A DNA stretch of 44,088 bases from Acidimicrobiia bacterium (GTDB taxonomy: Bacteria > Actinomycetota > Acidimicrobiia > Spongiisociales > UBA5794), in contig JBFISZ010000001.1 of NCBI GenBank assembly GCA_041608315.1, positions 1-44,088 of the forward strand. The letters run 5' to 3'. The position numbers and the translations under genes are program-made. Below, piece by piece: positions 36,197-44,088 of the stretch. Each line of letters opens with the position of its first letter. The stretch's first letter is position 1. The notes under the pieces are model-generated. The model saw only the letters and a program-made list of their open reading frames with translations. It searched no databases and was not told the origin of the DNA.

Positions 36197-37495
36197 ATGA
36201 GGATCAGCGTGGTTGGAGTGGGCTACGTCGGGCTCGTCACCGGCGCCTGTCTCGCCGACCTCGGACACGACGTGACGTGCCTCGACATCGACCGCCAGAA
36301 GATCGACCAGCTTCGCGACGGCGTGATCCCGATATTCGAGCCGGGCTTGCCGGAACTGGTGCATCACAACACGACGGCCGGCCGGCTTCGTTTCGACTAC
36401 GACTACTCGGAGGCCATCCCCGGAGCCGAGCTGGTCATGCTCGCCGTCGGAACGCCCACATCGGATCGCGGCAAGGCCGACCTCAGCTCGATACTGCCGG
36501 CGGTGGACGACTTGGCGCGGCTCATGGACCCGGGGACGACGATCGTCGTCAAGTCGACCGTCCCGGTCGGGACCACCGCCGCCCTCGCCATCCAGGTGAG
36601 TGAGGCGCGACCCGACGTCGCGTTCGAGATCGCCAGCAATCCCGAGTTCCTCCGCCAGGGCTCTGCCGTCGAAGATTTCATGAAGCCGGCCCGAATCGTC
36701 GTTGGCTCCCGCACCGCGCCGGCTGCCGCCACATTGCGCGAGCTGTATCAGCCGATGATCGATGGCGGCACGCCGGCGATCTTCTGCAACCTGGAAACCG
36801 CCGAGCTGATCAAGTACGCCTCCAATGCCTTCCTCGCAGTGAAGCTGTCTTTCGTCAACGAGATGGCAGACGTCTGCGAGGAAGCCGGAGCCGACATCAA
36901 CTACGTGACGGAGGCGCTTGGGCTCGACCCCCGGATCGGCAAGCACTTCCTGAACGCCGGGCCCGGGTTCGGCGGATCATGCCTGCCCAAGGACACCCAG
37001 GCGCTCCTCCAGACGACGCAGCTCGTCGGGGCCCCGTCGCGTGTCGTGGCCGCCGCCATCGACGTCAACGCCAACCGTCCCAGCCGGATGGTGAACAAGA
37101 TCGCGCGGGCCACCGGAGGCTCGGTTCGCGGCAAGCGGATCGCAGTGCTCGGCCTGACCTTCAAGGCGAACACGGACGACCTCCGCCAGAGCCCGGCGCT
37201 CGCGATCATTCGGTGGCTGATCGGCCACGAAGCGCAGGTGCGCGTGTTCGACCCGGCCGGGATGGACAAGGCCTCCGCTCTGCTCGATCGGGTCGAATTC
37301 GCGACAGACGCATATTCATGCGTGACAGACGCCGACGCCGTCGCCATCCTCACGGAGTGGCCGGAGTTCGCGGCACTCGACCTCGAGAGGGTCCGCGGCC
37401 TCGTCGCCACGCCGCTGGTCATCGATCTGCGCAATCTGTACGACCCGGCCACGATGGAACGGGCCGGGTTCGCCTACCACTCGATCGGCCGCTGA
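36197..37495 (+). CDS. ugd: UDP-glucose 6-dehydrogenase
   Basis: Rossmann motif VVGVGYVGLVTGACLA and the catalytic GFGGSCLPKD motif. Confidence 0.92.
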   Translation: MRISVVGVGYVGLVTGACLADLGHDVTCLDIDRQKIDQLRDGVIPIFEPGLPELVHHNTTAGRLRFDYDYSEAIPGAELVMLAVGTPTSDRGKADLSSILPAVDDLARLMDPGTTIVVKSTVPVGTTAALAIQVSEARPDVAFEIASNPEFLRQGSAVEDFMKPARIVVGSRTAPAAATLRELYQPMIDGGTPAIFCNLETAELIKYASNAFLAVKLSFVNEMADVCEEAGADINYVTEALGLDPRIGKHFLNAGPGFGGSCLPKDTQALLQTTQLVGAPSRVVAAAIDVNANRPSRMVNKIARATGGSVRGKRIAVLGLTFKANTDDLRQSPALAIIRWLIGHEAQVRVFDPAGMDKASALLDRVEFATDAYSCVTDADAVAILTEWPEFAALDLERVRGLVATPLVIDLRNLYDPATMERAGFAYHSIGR

Positions 37496-37503
37496 GAGCA
37501 CCC

Positions 37504-39351
37504 TCAGCCGGGCCGTCCCGTAAAGTCGGTGCGCGGCACCACAACGGCGCGGCGCCAGCCTCGCACCGAGTTGACCAGGGCGATATCGTCGGCTGCCGCC
37601 AGATCTCCAATCGGAATCGGAGCCTCTTCGATCTCACCCCGCGCCAGCAGCTCGGCGCGATACACGCCCGGGAGACACCCCGCCTCGAGCGGAGGCGTCA
37701 GCCACACGTCCCCAAAACGCAGGACTATGTTGGCGAGCGTCGACTCGGTCACGTGGCCGCGATCGTTGATCAGAATGACGTCGTCCACGCCGGGCGCCGC
37801 GGCGCGGGCGGCGTCGTAGGTGCTCCGGAGCGTGGTTTTGTGATACAGACTCACCTCGCGGCGCCTGATGGGCCGGTCGGACACCACCACGTGCAGCTGA
37901 TTCAGACCGAAAGCGAGGTCCTCGGGGCTTTCCACGAAGGGCAGCAGACCAACCTCCTCGGTCTCGACTGTCACTTGGCCCTGCCGACCCACGAGAAGCC
38001 GGATCCGGGCCGCCGCCTTCGTCACGGTCGATTGCAGCGCTACGGAGTGCTCGGTCAGCGCCGAGCGCACCTCGTGCTCGGTGTATTGGAATCCAAAGTA
38101 GGCGGCGGAATCGGCCAAGCGCTCCAGATGGCGCTCGAGCAACCGGTAGCCTTCGCGGTCCCAGCGGATCGCCTCAAACAGGCTGAATGCCATCGTGTCC
38201 GCCTGCAAGACACGGGCCTTGAGCATCGCCTCCTCGTATTCCGAGCCTATCGTGGAATCCCAGGTGATGGCCGCCCCCGTGCCGTACTCGGCCCGACCTT
38301 CGTCGCTATCGACGACGACGACACGGATCGCCACGCTGAAATGGCCCCCCATCTCGTGACCTTCCGGAGCCACGAAACCGATCGCTCCCGAGTAGACGCC
38401 GCGGGGCGTTGATTCGAGCTCTCGAATGTGCTCAACGGCACTCGTCTTGGGAGCTCCCGTCGTCGAGCCCGGCGGGAAGAGCGCCGTGAACACGTCTGCC
38501 AAGTCCACACCCCGACGAATCTCAGCCCCAACCTGAGAAGTGAGCTGCCACAGCGTCTCGTATCTCTCCAGGGTGAACAGCTCCTCGAGCTCGACCGATC
38601 CATACTCGGCGATCCGTCCCAGGTCGCTGCGCAGCAGGTCGACGATCATGAGGTTCTCGGCCCGATCCTTCTCGCTGTGCTGTAATTCCTGCGCCATGGC
38701 GTCATCTTCGGCGGACCAGCGGCCGCGGCGAATGGCGCCCTTCATCGGGCGCACGTCGATGTGGTTACCGCGCAGTCGGAAGAACCGTTCCGGCGATGCG
38801 CTCAGGACCTGGAATCGTCCGATGTCGAGGAATGCGCCGTAGGCGCCGCGCTGCGCGATCAGCAAGTCGCGATGCAACTTGGTCGGGTCGCCGGAGAAGG
38901 CGGCTCGGAGACGGAAGGTGTGGTTCACCTGATAGACGGCGCCCCGGGCAATGGCCTCACGAATATCATCGAGGGCGGCGGCGTACTCGTCCTCTGTGGC
39001 ACTGGGGCTCCACGGCGACAGCCCGTATCCGGCCGGACCGGATTGGCGTCGCGCCACCGGGTCGACCGGGCGTTGCTCCTCGTAGACGCCGAACCAGGCC
39101 AGCGGCATCGCGGCGAACGGATCACCCAGAGCTCGGGCCCGCACCCGCAACGCCTCGTCGAAGGCCGGCCCCGCTTCGTATGCCACGTACCCGGCGGCCC
39201 AGGAACCGGCGGCTGCCGCAGCTTGCACCTCGCGCAGGACCGGGATCACCTCGTCGAGTGAATACGCCGCTATCTCCGCTGTGCACCGGGCCAGCTCGAA
39301 TGAGCTCTCTGCGCCAACGGTGAGATCGTCGAATCGGGCGGGGAGCGGCAT
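37504..39351 (-). CDS. pabB: Fused aminodeoxychorismate synthase component I / aminodeoxychorismate lyase (class IV aminotransferase fold)
   Basis: Chorismate-binding motifs (SASPERFF, MKGAI.RG, PPGSTTGAPK, RGVYSGAIGF) followed by a fold-type IV domain (YHKTTLR, DDVILINDRGHVTEST.ANI). ATG at 39351. Confidence 0.8.
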   Translation of the reverse strand: MPLPARFDDLTVGAESSFELARCTAEIAAYSLDEVIPVLREVQAAAAAGSWAAGYVAYEAGPAFDEALRVRARALGDPFAAMPLAWFGVYEEQRPVDPVARRQSGPAGYGLSPWSPSATEDEYAAALDDIREAIARGAVYQVNHTFRLRAAFSGDPTKLHRDLLIAQRGAYGAFLDIGRFQVLSASPERFFRLRGNHIDVRPMKGAIRRGRWSAEDDAMAQELQHSEKDRAENLMIVDLLRSDLGRIAEYGSVELEELFTLERYETLWQLTSQVGAEIRRGVDLADVFTALFPPGSTTGAPKTSAVEHIRELESTPRGVYSGAIGFVAPEGHEMGGHFSVAIRVVVVDSDEGRAEYGTGAAITWDSTIGSEYEEAMLKARVLQADTMAFSLFEAIRWDREGYRLLERHLERLADSAAYFGFQYTEHEVRSALTEHSVALQSTVTKAAARIRLLVGRQGQVTVETEEVGLLPFVESPEDLAFGLNQLHVVVSDRPIRRREVSLYHKTTLRSTYDAARAAAPGVDDVILINDRGHVTESTLANIVLRFGDVWLTPPLEAGCLPGVYRAELLARGEIEEAPIPIGDLAAADDIALVNSVRGWRRAVVVPRTDFTGRPG

Positions 39352-39373
39352 TGCCCGGAGGGTACCGGGCTGC

Positions 39374-41602
39374 CTATCGGGAGGCGAGCGTTTCGTCGAG
39401 CTCGTCAGGCGTGATGAGCACGGCACGCGCCTTGGAGCCTTCAGAGGGGCCAACGATGCCGCGCCGCTCCAAGATGTCCATCACGCGGCCGGCCCGGGCG
39501 AAACCGATGCGCAGCTTGCGCTGCAGCATGGAGGTGGACCCGAGTTGGCTGCGAACCACCAGCTCGATTGCCGCGTTCATGATCTCCGGGTCCTCGCCGT
39601 CGTACTCGTCCTCGGCCTCCTGCTTCTGGGCGGCGACCTCGAAGACCTCTTTGTCGCGGTATTGCGCCGCCCGTTGCTGGCGGACCCAATCGACCACGGC
39701 GTGCACCTCGGCCTCCGAGACGAAGGCCCCCTGGATTCGTTCGGGCTTGGGCTCGCGCGCCGTCACGACGAGCATGTCGCCCAGGCCGACGAGCTTCTCG
39801 GCGCCCGAAGCATCGAGAATCACCCGGGAGTCGGTCTGGGAGGCGACGGAGAAGGCGAGCCGGGAGGGGACGTTGGCCTTGATGACGCCGGTGATGACAT
39901 TGACCGACGGGCGCTGCGTCGCCAGCACGAGGTGCAGCCCGACGGCTCGGGCCATCTGCGCGATCCGGACGATCGAGTCTTCGACCGTGCGCCCGGCAAC
40001 CATCATCAGGTCGTTCAACTCGTCGACGATGATGACGATGTACGGGAACCGATCAAAGGCGTCCGGGTCGAGACCTCCGGCGTCGTGCTTCTCGCGATAG
40101 CTGACGATGTCGCGCACCCCGGCGTCGGCGACCAGCTCGTAGCGGCGGTCCATCTCCGCCACCGCCCACTGCAGCGCGTCCGCCGCCTTCTTCGGGTTGG
40201 TGATCACCCGCGTGAGCAGGTGCGGCACGCCGTTGTACTGCCCGAGCTCGACCCGCTTGGGGTCGACGAGGATCAGCTTGACCTCATCGGGCGTGGCCCG
40301 CATCAAGATCGACGTGACGAGCGAGTTGATGCAGGATGACTTCCCGGCCCCGGTGGCGCCGGCGATGAGCAAATGGGGCAGCTCGTCGAGCTTGAGGAGG
40401 CGGTTGTGGCCCGAGATGTCCTTGCCGAGCCCGACGCGCAGCGGATCCGGACTCGCCTGCGCCTCCGGGCTGCTGAGAACATCGCCCAAGGTCACGAGGT
40501 GGCGGCTGCGGTTGGGCACCTCGATCCCGATGGCGCTCTTGCCGGGGATCGGCGCCAGGATCCGGACGTCGGCCGACGCCATCGCGTAGGCGATGTCGTT
40601 GGCGAGGCCGGTGACGCGCGACACCTTGACGCCCGGGGCCAGCTCGATCTCGAATCGGGTGACGGTGGGCCCGGGCACGATACGGGTGAGCCGGGCGTCC
40701 ACGCCGTGCTGGTGGAGGGTCCGCTCCAGCTCCACGGCCGCTTCTTCGAGCGAGCGCCGGTTGTGACCCGCCCCTTCGCTGGTGCGCAGCAGTTCGACCG
40801 GTGGCAGGTTGAACTTGCCGTTGGCCGGCGGAACCGGCACCGGGTGGACGGGTTGTTTCGGCTTGGGTTTCTTGGGCGCCGACTTGGCCGCCGCGACCTT
40901 GGGCGGTCCCCCCCGGCGGGGCGCGACCGGCACCGACGGCGCTACCGGCACCGGCGGCGTCAGTACCGGCCGCGGCGGCGAGAACCAGCGGCGGAAACCG
41001 CGCAGTCCGTTCATGATCGAGGCGGCAACGTCGCGCATGGTGGCCCGCGTCACCAGCAGCGAGCCCATCGTGACGATGGCGAACAGTACGAGGAAAGCCC
41101 CCCAGAAGCCGATGAGACGGCGCATCGGGAAGGCGATCAGCGAGCCGACGACTCCTCCCCGGGTGGTCACCGACGTGAGCGATTCCGCCAGGGAGACCGT
41201 TCCGGTCATGAGGTGGTACATCGCCAGCGAGCCGATGAAGACGACGACCAGCCCCATGGCGAGCTTGGTGTAGTCCGGCCGTGGCATCGGCCCGAGGAGA
41301 GCGCCGCCGACTACTGCGAGGACGATAGGGACCAAGACCGCCCAGGTGCCGAAGAGGAAAAAGAGAGCCTTGGCGGTGCCGTGCCCAACCGGACCGGCCA
41401 AGTCGAAGAAGGCGAGGAGAACCAGAATCGCGACAACGATGAGAACGAGACCCCAGACGTCGTCCGTCTGCCGCCCCATCCGCTCCCGCAGCCTTTGCCT
41501 CATTCCCCGCAGCGCGCTGAGGAATCCGGTGCCGGCACGGCTCTTCTTCTTGCTGGCCCTACTCCGCCCCGTAGCCCCACGGGTCTTGCTCCGTGTTGGC
41601 AT
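39374..41602 (-). CDS. ftsK: DNA translocase FtsK/SpoIIIE
   Basis: N-terminal TM segments, Pro-rich linker, motor domain with Walker A GATGAGKSSCIN, and a C-terminal gamma winged helix (STSMLQRKLRIGFARAGRVMD). ATG at 41602; the upstream ORF extension looks non-coding. Confidence 0.92.
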   Translation of the reverse strand: MPTRSKTRGATGRSRASKKKSRAGTGFLSALRGMRQRLRERMGRQTDDVWGLVLIVVAILVLLAFFDLAGPVGHGTAKALFFLFGTWAVLVPIVLAVVGGALLGPMPRPDYTKLAMGLVVVFIGSLAMYHLMTGTVSLAESLTSVTTRGGVVGSLIAFPMRRLIGFWGAFLVLFAIVTMGSLLVTRATMRDVAASIMNGLRGFRRWFSPPRPVLTPPVPVAPSVPVAPRRGGPPKVAAAKSAPKKPKPKQPVHPVPVPPANGKFNLPPVELLRTSEGAGHNRRSLEEAAVELERTLHQHGVDARLTRIVPGPTVTRFEIELAPGVKVSRVTGLANDIAYAMASADVRILAPIPGKSAIGIEVPNRSRHLVTLGDVLSSPEAQASPDPLRVGLGKDISGHNRLLKLDELPHLLIAGATGAGKSSCINSLVTSILMRATPDEVKLILVDPKRVELGQYNGVPHLLTRVITNPKKAADALQWAVAEMDRRYELVADAGVRDIVSYREKHDAGGLDPDAFDRFPYIVIIVDELNDLMMVAGRTVEDSIVRIAQMARAVGLHLVLATQRPSVNVITGVIKANVPSRLAFSVASQTDSRVILDASGAEKLVGLGDMLVVTAREPKPERIQGAFVSEAEVHAVVDWVRQQRAAQYRDKEVFEVAAQKQEAEDEYDGEDPEIMNAAIELVVRSQLGSTSMLQRKLRIGFARAGRVMDILERRGIVGPSEGSKARAVLITPDELDETLASR

Positions 41603-41827
41603 GGGACCCAAACGATACCGGACGCGGCCTCGGGCGCAAATGACCCTCCGCGCGAACTCGCGCGCGCACCGCGCGATCCGTTGTATAGCAACGGTTTTCG
41701 CGGGCCAAGGACAGATTTCGCGAGGAGGGTCTCCCCCGGTTACGCCCCGCTCGGGGCGGGCATCGCCTCTGCCCCGCGAGATTCGCCCCGATCGGCGCCG
41801 GGGCGAATCCGGGTACCCCGGACGCGG

Positions 41828-41862
41828 GCAATCCCCGCGGTCGGTGGGACCGCGGGGATTGC
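41828..41862 (-). terminator. Perfect 13-bp hairpin downstream of the repeat-protein gene
   Basis: GCAATCCCCGCGG-TCGGTGGGA-CCGCGGGGATTGC, 20 nt after the stop at 41883. There is no U-tract. Confidence 0.5.
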
Positions 41863-41882
41863 TCCTGTCAAGGTCGGCGGGG

Positions 41883-42716
41883 TCAGCTCGAGGGAGTGTC
41901 TTGCTCGCCCTTGAGGATGCCCTTGACACCGTCGACGCCGCTGGCGGCCACGTCGCGCACGGCATGAACCGCGGACTCACCGATCTGCTCAGCCGCTTCC
42001 AGAGCTCCCGACGCCGCCGCGGCGGCAGCATCGCCGGCGCTGACGCCGATCTTCTTGGCGCCGGCAATGGCACCCGAGATTGCTCCGGTGGTGACGTCGG
42101 TGACACTGCCGCCAACCTCACCGGCGCCCTCGACGAGGCCCTTCGCCGTGTTCTTCACAGCCTCGAGGGCGTCGCCGCCGATCTCGGCTGCACCGGACAT
42201 CGCCCCCGACACCGTGCTCCGGGCGGCTCCGATGACGTCGCCACCGACGTCCTTGACGCCGCCGACCACTGAGCGACCCAGCTCGACCGCACCATCGGCG
42301 AGGCTCAGACCAGTCGTCTTGGTTGCGACTATGACGCCTTCGGCGATCCCGGCCGCCGTCTTCGTGACATCGGCGCCGACTCCGCCGGTGCCCTTCAACG
42401 CGGCACGTACGATGTCGGAAACGGTCCCGACGGTGACCGTAGCCACCTCGCCGACTCCTTCGACGAGACCCACGACGAGGCCCTTGGCCGTACGGACCAG
42501 GCCGGTACCGACCTCGTTGACGGCATTGAACGCACCACCGGCGACGTTGCCGGCCACATCGAGCACGGCGCCTCCGGCATCGCCAACAGCTTGGAGAGCC
42601 GTCACAACGCTGTCACGAGCTACGTCCGCAACGCCCTTGACGATGCTGCCGGTTCCAGAAAGCACCGAGTTGATGCTCTTGGATACGCGACCCTGGGTCT
42701 CCGTTGCTTTTTCCAT
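41883..42716 (-). CDS. Gly/Ala/Val-rich protein composed of about 23 contiguous 11-residue repeats
   Basis: 277 aa from ATG 42716 (GGAGGAG RBS). Cutting the sequence every 11 residues keeps aliphatic residues at positions 3, 7, 8 and 11 from residue ~25 to ~265. No signal peptide or TM segment. Confidence 0.7.
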   Translation of the reverse strand: MEKATETQGRVSKSINSVLSGTGSIVKGVADVARDSVVTALQAVGDAGGAVLDVAGNVAGGAFNAVNEVGTGLVRTAKGLVVGLVEGVGEVATVTVGTVSDIVRAALKGTGGVGADVTKTAAGIAEGVIVATKTTGLSLADGAVELGRSVVGGVKDVGGDVIGAARSTVSGAMSGAAEIGGDALEAVKNTAKGLVEGAGEVGGSVTDVTTGAISGAIAGAKKIGVSAGDAAAAAASGALEAAEQIGESAVHAVRDVAASGVDGVKGILKGEQDTPSS

Positions 42717-42894
42717 CCGGGAATTCTCCTCCCATTGCGGCGACTGCTTTGGCCGCCTCGTGTTCACAGCATCTCTCGCTTGCTCACGGACGTCTATGAC
42801 GGGTCGGGCAAGACCGCCGACGAGATTCTGGCGGCCGGCCACGGAGGCTCGGCAGTACCCTGCCAGCATTGGTCAGGGCTCTAGGATCGAGTTC

Positions 42895-43521
42895 GTGGCA
42901 GAGCAACGTATCGGCGTCGTCGGCGGTACTCCCTTGTGGAGGCGGGGCGTGACCGCGGTGCTCGCCGACGCCGGCTACCAGGCGCGGGAGCACCCCGACC
43001 TCGGCGAGTGGCAGCCCGGGAGGAGCGGCAAGGCCCTGTTCCTTCACGTGTCCGCAGCCGCCGAAGTTCCGCCGATCGCAGGATTCACCGAGGAATACCC
43101 GCACATCCCGGTGATAGTCATCACCCCGGACCTGGGGGTGGCCGAGTTCGCCGCCGTCGTTCGGGCCGGCGCCATCTCCGCCATCGCGGCGGACGACCCC
43201 ATCGAGCTGCTCCTGGCGACGCTCGAGCACGCCATGGCCGGGCGGGCATCCGCCTCGCCGTCGATCATGCGGGCCCTCGCCACCCGGGTCGCCGCCGGCT
43301 TCGGGGAAGCGCTCTCGATCGACGACGTCGCGGTCGGCCGCATTCGGCGCCTCGCCGCCGGAGCGACGGTGAGCCGGCTGGCCGCCGAGGCCGGGTTCTC
43401 GGAACGAGAGATGTTTCGCCTGCTCAGCGAGCTATATGCCCGCATCGGTGTCGCCAACCGCACCGAAGCGATCGTCTGGGCTTCCCGCTACGGCCTCCTC
43501 GACGAACCGCGAAGCGGGTGA
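42895..43521 (+). CDS. NarL/FixJ (LuxR)-family regulator with degenerate receiver domain
   Basis: C-terminal LuxR HTH (ATVSRLAAEAGFSEREMFRLLSELYARIGVANRTEAIVWA). The N-terminal REC-like fold has GG in place of the acidic DD pair and His in place of the phospho-acceptor Asp (FLHVS). GTG start at 42895; the long upstream ORF extension is antisense to the repeat-protein gene. Confidence 0.7.
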   Translation: MAEQRIGVVGGTPLWRRGVTAVLADAGYQAREHPDLGEWQPGRSGKALFLHVSAAAEVPPIAGFTEEYPHIPVIVITPDLGVAEFAAVVRAGAISAIAADDPIELLLATLEHAMAGRASASPSIMRALATRVAAGFGEALSIDDVAVGRIRRLAAGATVSRLAAEAGFSEREMFRLLSELYARIGVANRTEAIVWASRYGLLDEPRSG

Positions 43522-43546
43522 GAACCGGCGAAGGCGGAGACGTCCG

Positions 43547-44088
43547 CTACACCTCGATCACTACCGGGTAGACCACGGGGCGGCGGCGCAATTCTTGTTT
43601 GATCTTGCGGCCGGTGGCGCTGCGGACCTTACGGCGGACCGTGTCGAGGTCGGTCGGCAGCTCGAGCTCGCCGATCGCCTCGGTGATGCGGTCCTCCACC
43701 AGCTTGTGGATCTCGTCGGAGTCTCCGGTGACGCCGTGGCTGTCGACGTCGGGCCCGATCAAGATCTTGCCGCTGTGCATGTCGACCCCCACGGTCACGA
43801 TCATGACGCCGTCGTCGGCCAGGTGGCGGCGGTCGCGCAACACGTCTTCGACGTCGCCGATGCCGGATCCGTCGAGATAGACGAGGCCGGCCGGAAGCGC
43901 CTCGCGCTCAACCGTGAGCTTGCCGTTGTCGAGAACCACCCGGTCGCCGTCTTCGCAGACGTGGACGTCCGCGATACCGACTTCGCGAGCGACTGCGGCG
44001 TTGGCGACGAGATGCCGATACTCGCCGTGCACCGGGATCAGCGATTGCGGAGCGATGACGTTGTAGAACGTCTTCAGCTCCTCTTGGG
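43547..44088 (-). CDS. rnj: Ribonuclease J, C-terminal part (gene continues beyond the window)
   Basis: PVHGEYRHL motif and the C-terminal domain. The reading frame is open to the window edge. Confidence 0.85.
   Translation of the reverse strand, partial: QEELKTFYNVIAPQSLIPVHGEYRHLVANAAVAREVGIADVHVCEDGDRVVLDNGKLTVEREALPAGLVYLDGSGIGDVEDVLRDRRHLADDGVMIVTVGVDMHSGKILIGPDVDSHGVTGDSDEIHKLVEDRITEAIGELELPTDLDTVRRKVRSATGRKIKQELRRRPVVYPVVIEV

Noticed and set aside
41603-42121. N-terminal extensions of track ORFs. Examples: ftsK to 42121, thpR to 24587, TauE to 33502, the LuxR regulator back to 42055, thrC to 30380, dut to 12776.
   Set aside because: The extensions overlap neighbouring genes or intergenic hairpins and look like low-complexity Arg/Pro sequence. 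Internal starts with an RBS or start/stop overlap fit the homologous protein lengths.

Overview
High-GC, actinobacterium-like chromosomal segment, mostly transcribed on the minus strand. Positions ~590-11,880 form a mosaic accessory region bounded on the right by a tRNA-Gly/Cys/Val cluster. It holds a MazEF-type toxin-antitoxin pair, an IS110-family element, a doubly truncated HAD-like gene remnant and two orphan genes. It also holds an ECF sigma factor translationally coupled to a 776-aa membrane-anchored propeller protein, and an NTF2-like lipoprotein gene carrying the same 46-nt upstream motif as the sigma gene. Two overlapping tyrosine recombinases sit against a decayed phage-type integrase, which is followed by a 22-nt duplicate of the tRNA-Val 3' end. 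From 12.2 kb onward the content is core housekeeping: dut, nrdR, a LysM gene and lexA with three SOS boxes, dapF, miaA, miaB, rny, recA with an SOS box, cinA, thpR, a nitrilase, a fetB-like permease, rimO and thrC. Further on come a PHP phosphatase, a 2-oxoacid dehydrogenase E1a/E1b/E2 operon, ugd, a fused pabB-pabC, ftsK and a partial rnj. Four observations are most worth following up. (1) The two-recombinase module next to the ECF sigma cassette with its shared 46-nt motif. (2) A ~490-bp lower-GC recA-rny spacer built as a long imperfect palindrome where recX usually lies. (3) A 277-aa protein made almost entirely of uninterrupted 11-residue repeats, divergent from a LuxR-type regulator with a degenerate receiver domain. 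(4) The IS110 non-coding ends, which may hold a bridge RNA and a split promoter. No CRISPR array, reverse transcriptase or recognisable defence-system enzyme was seen. All homology statements come from reading the translations, not from database searches.
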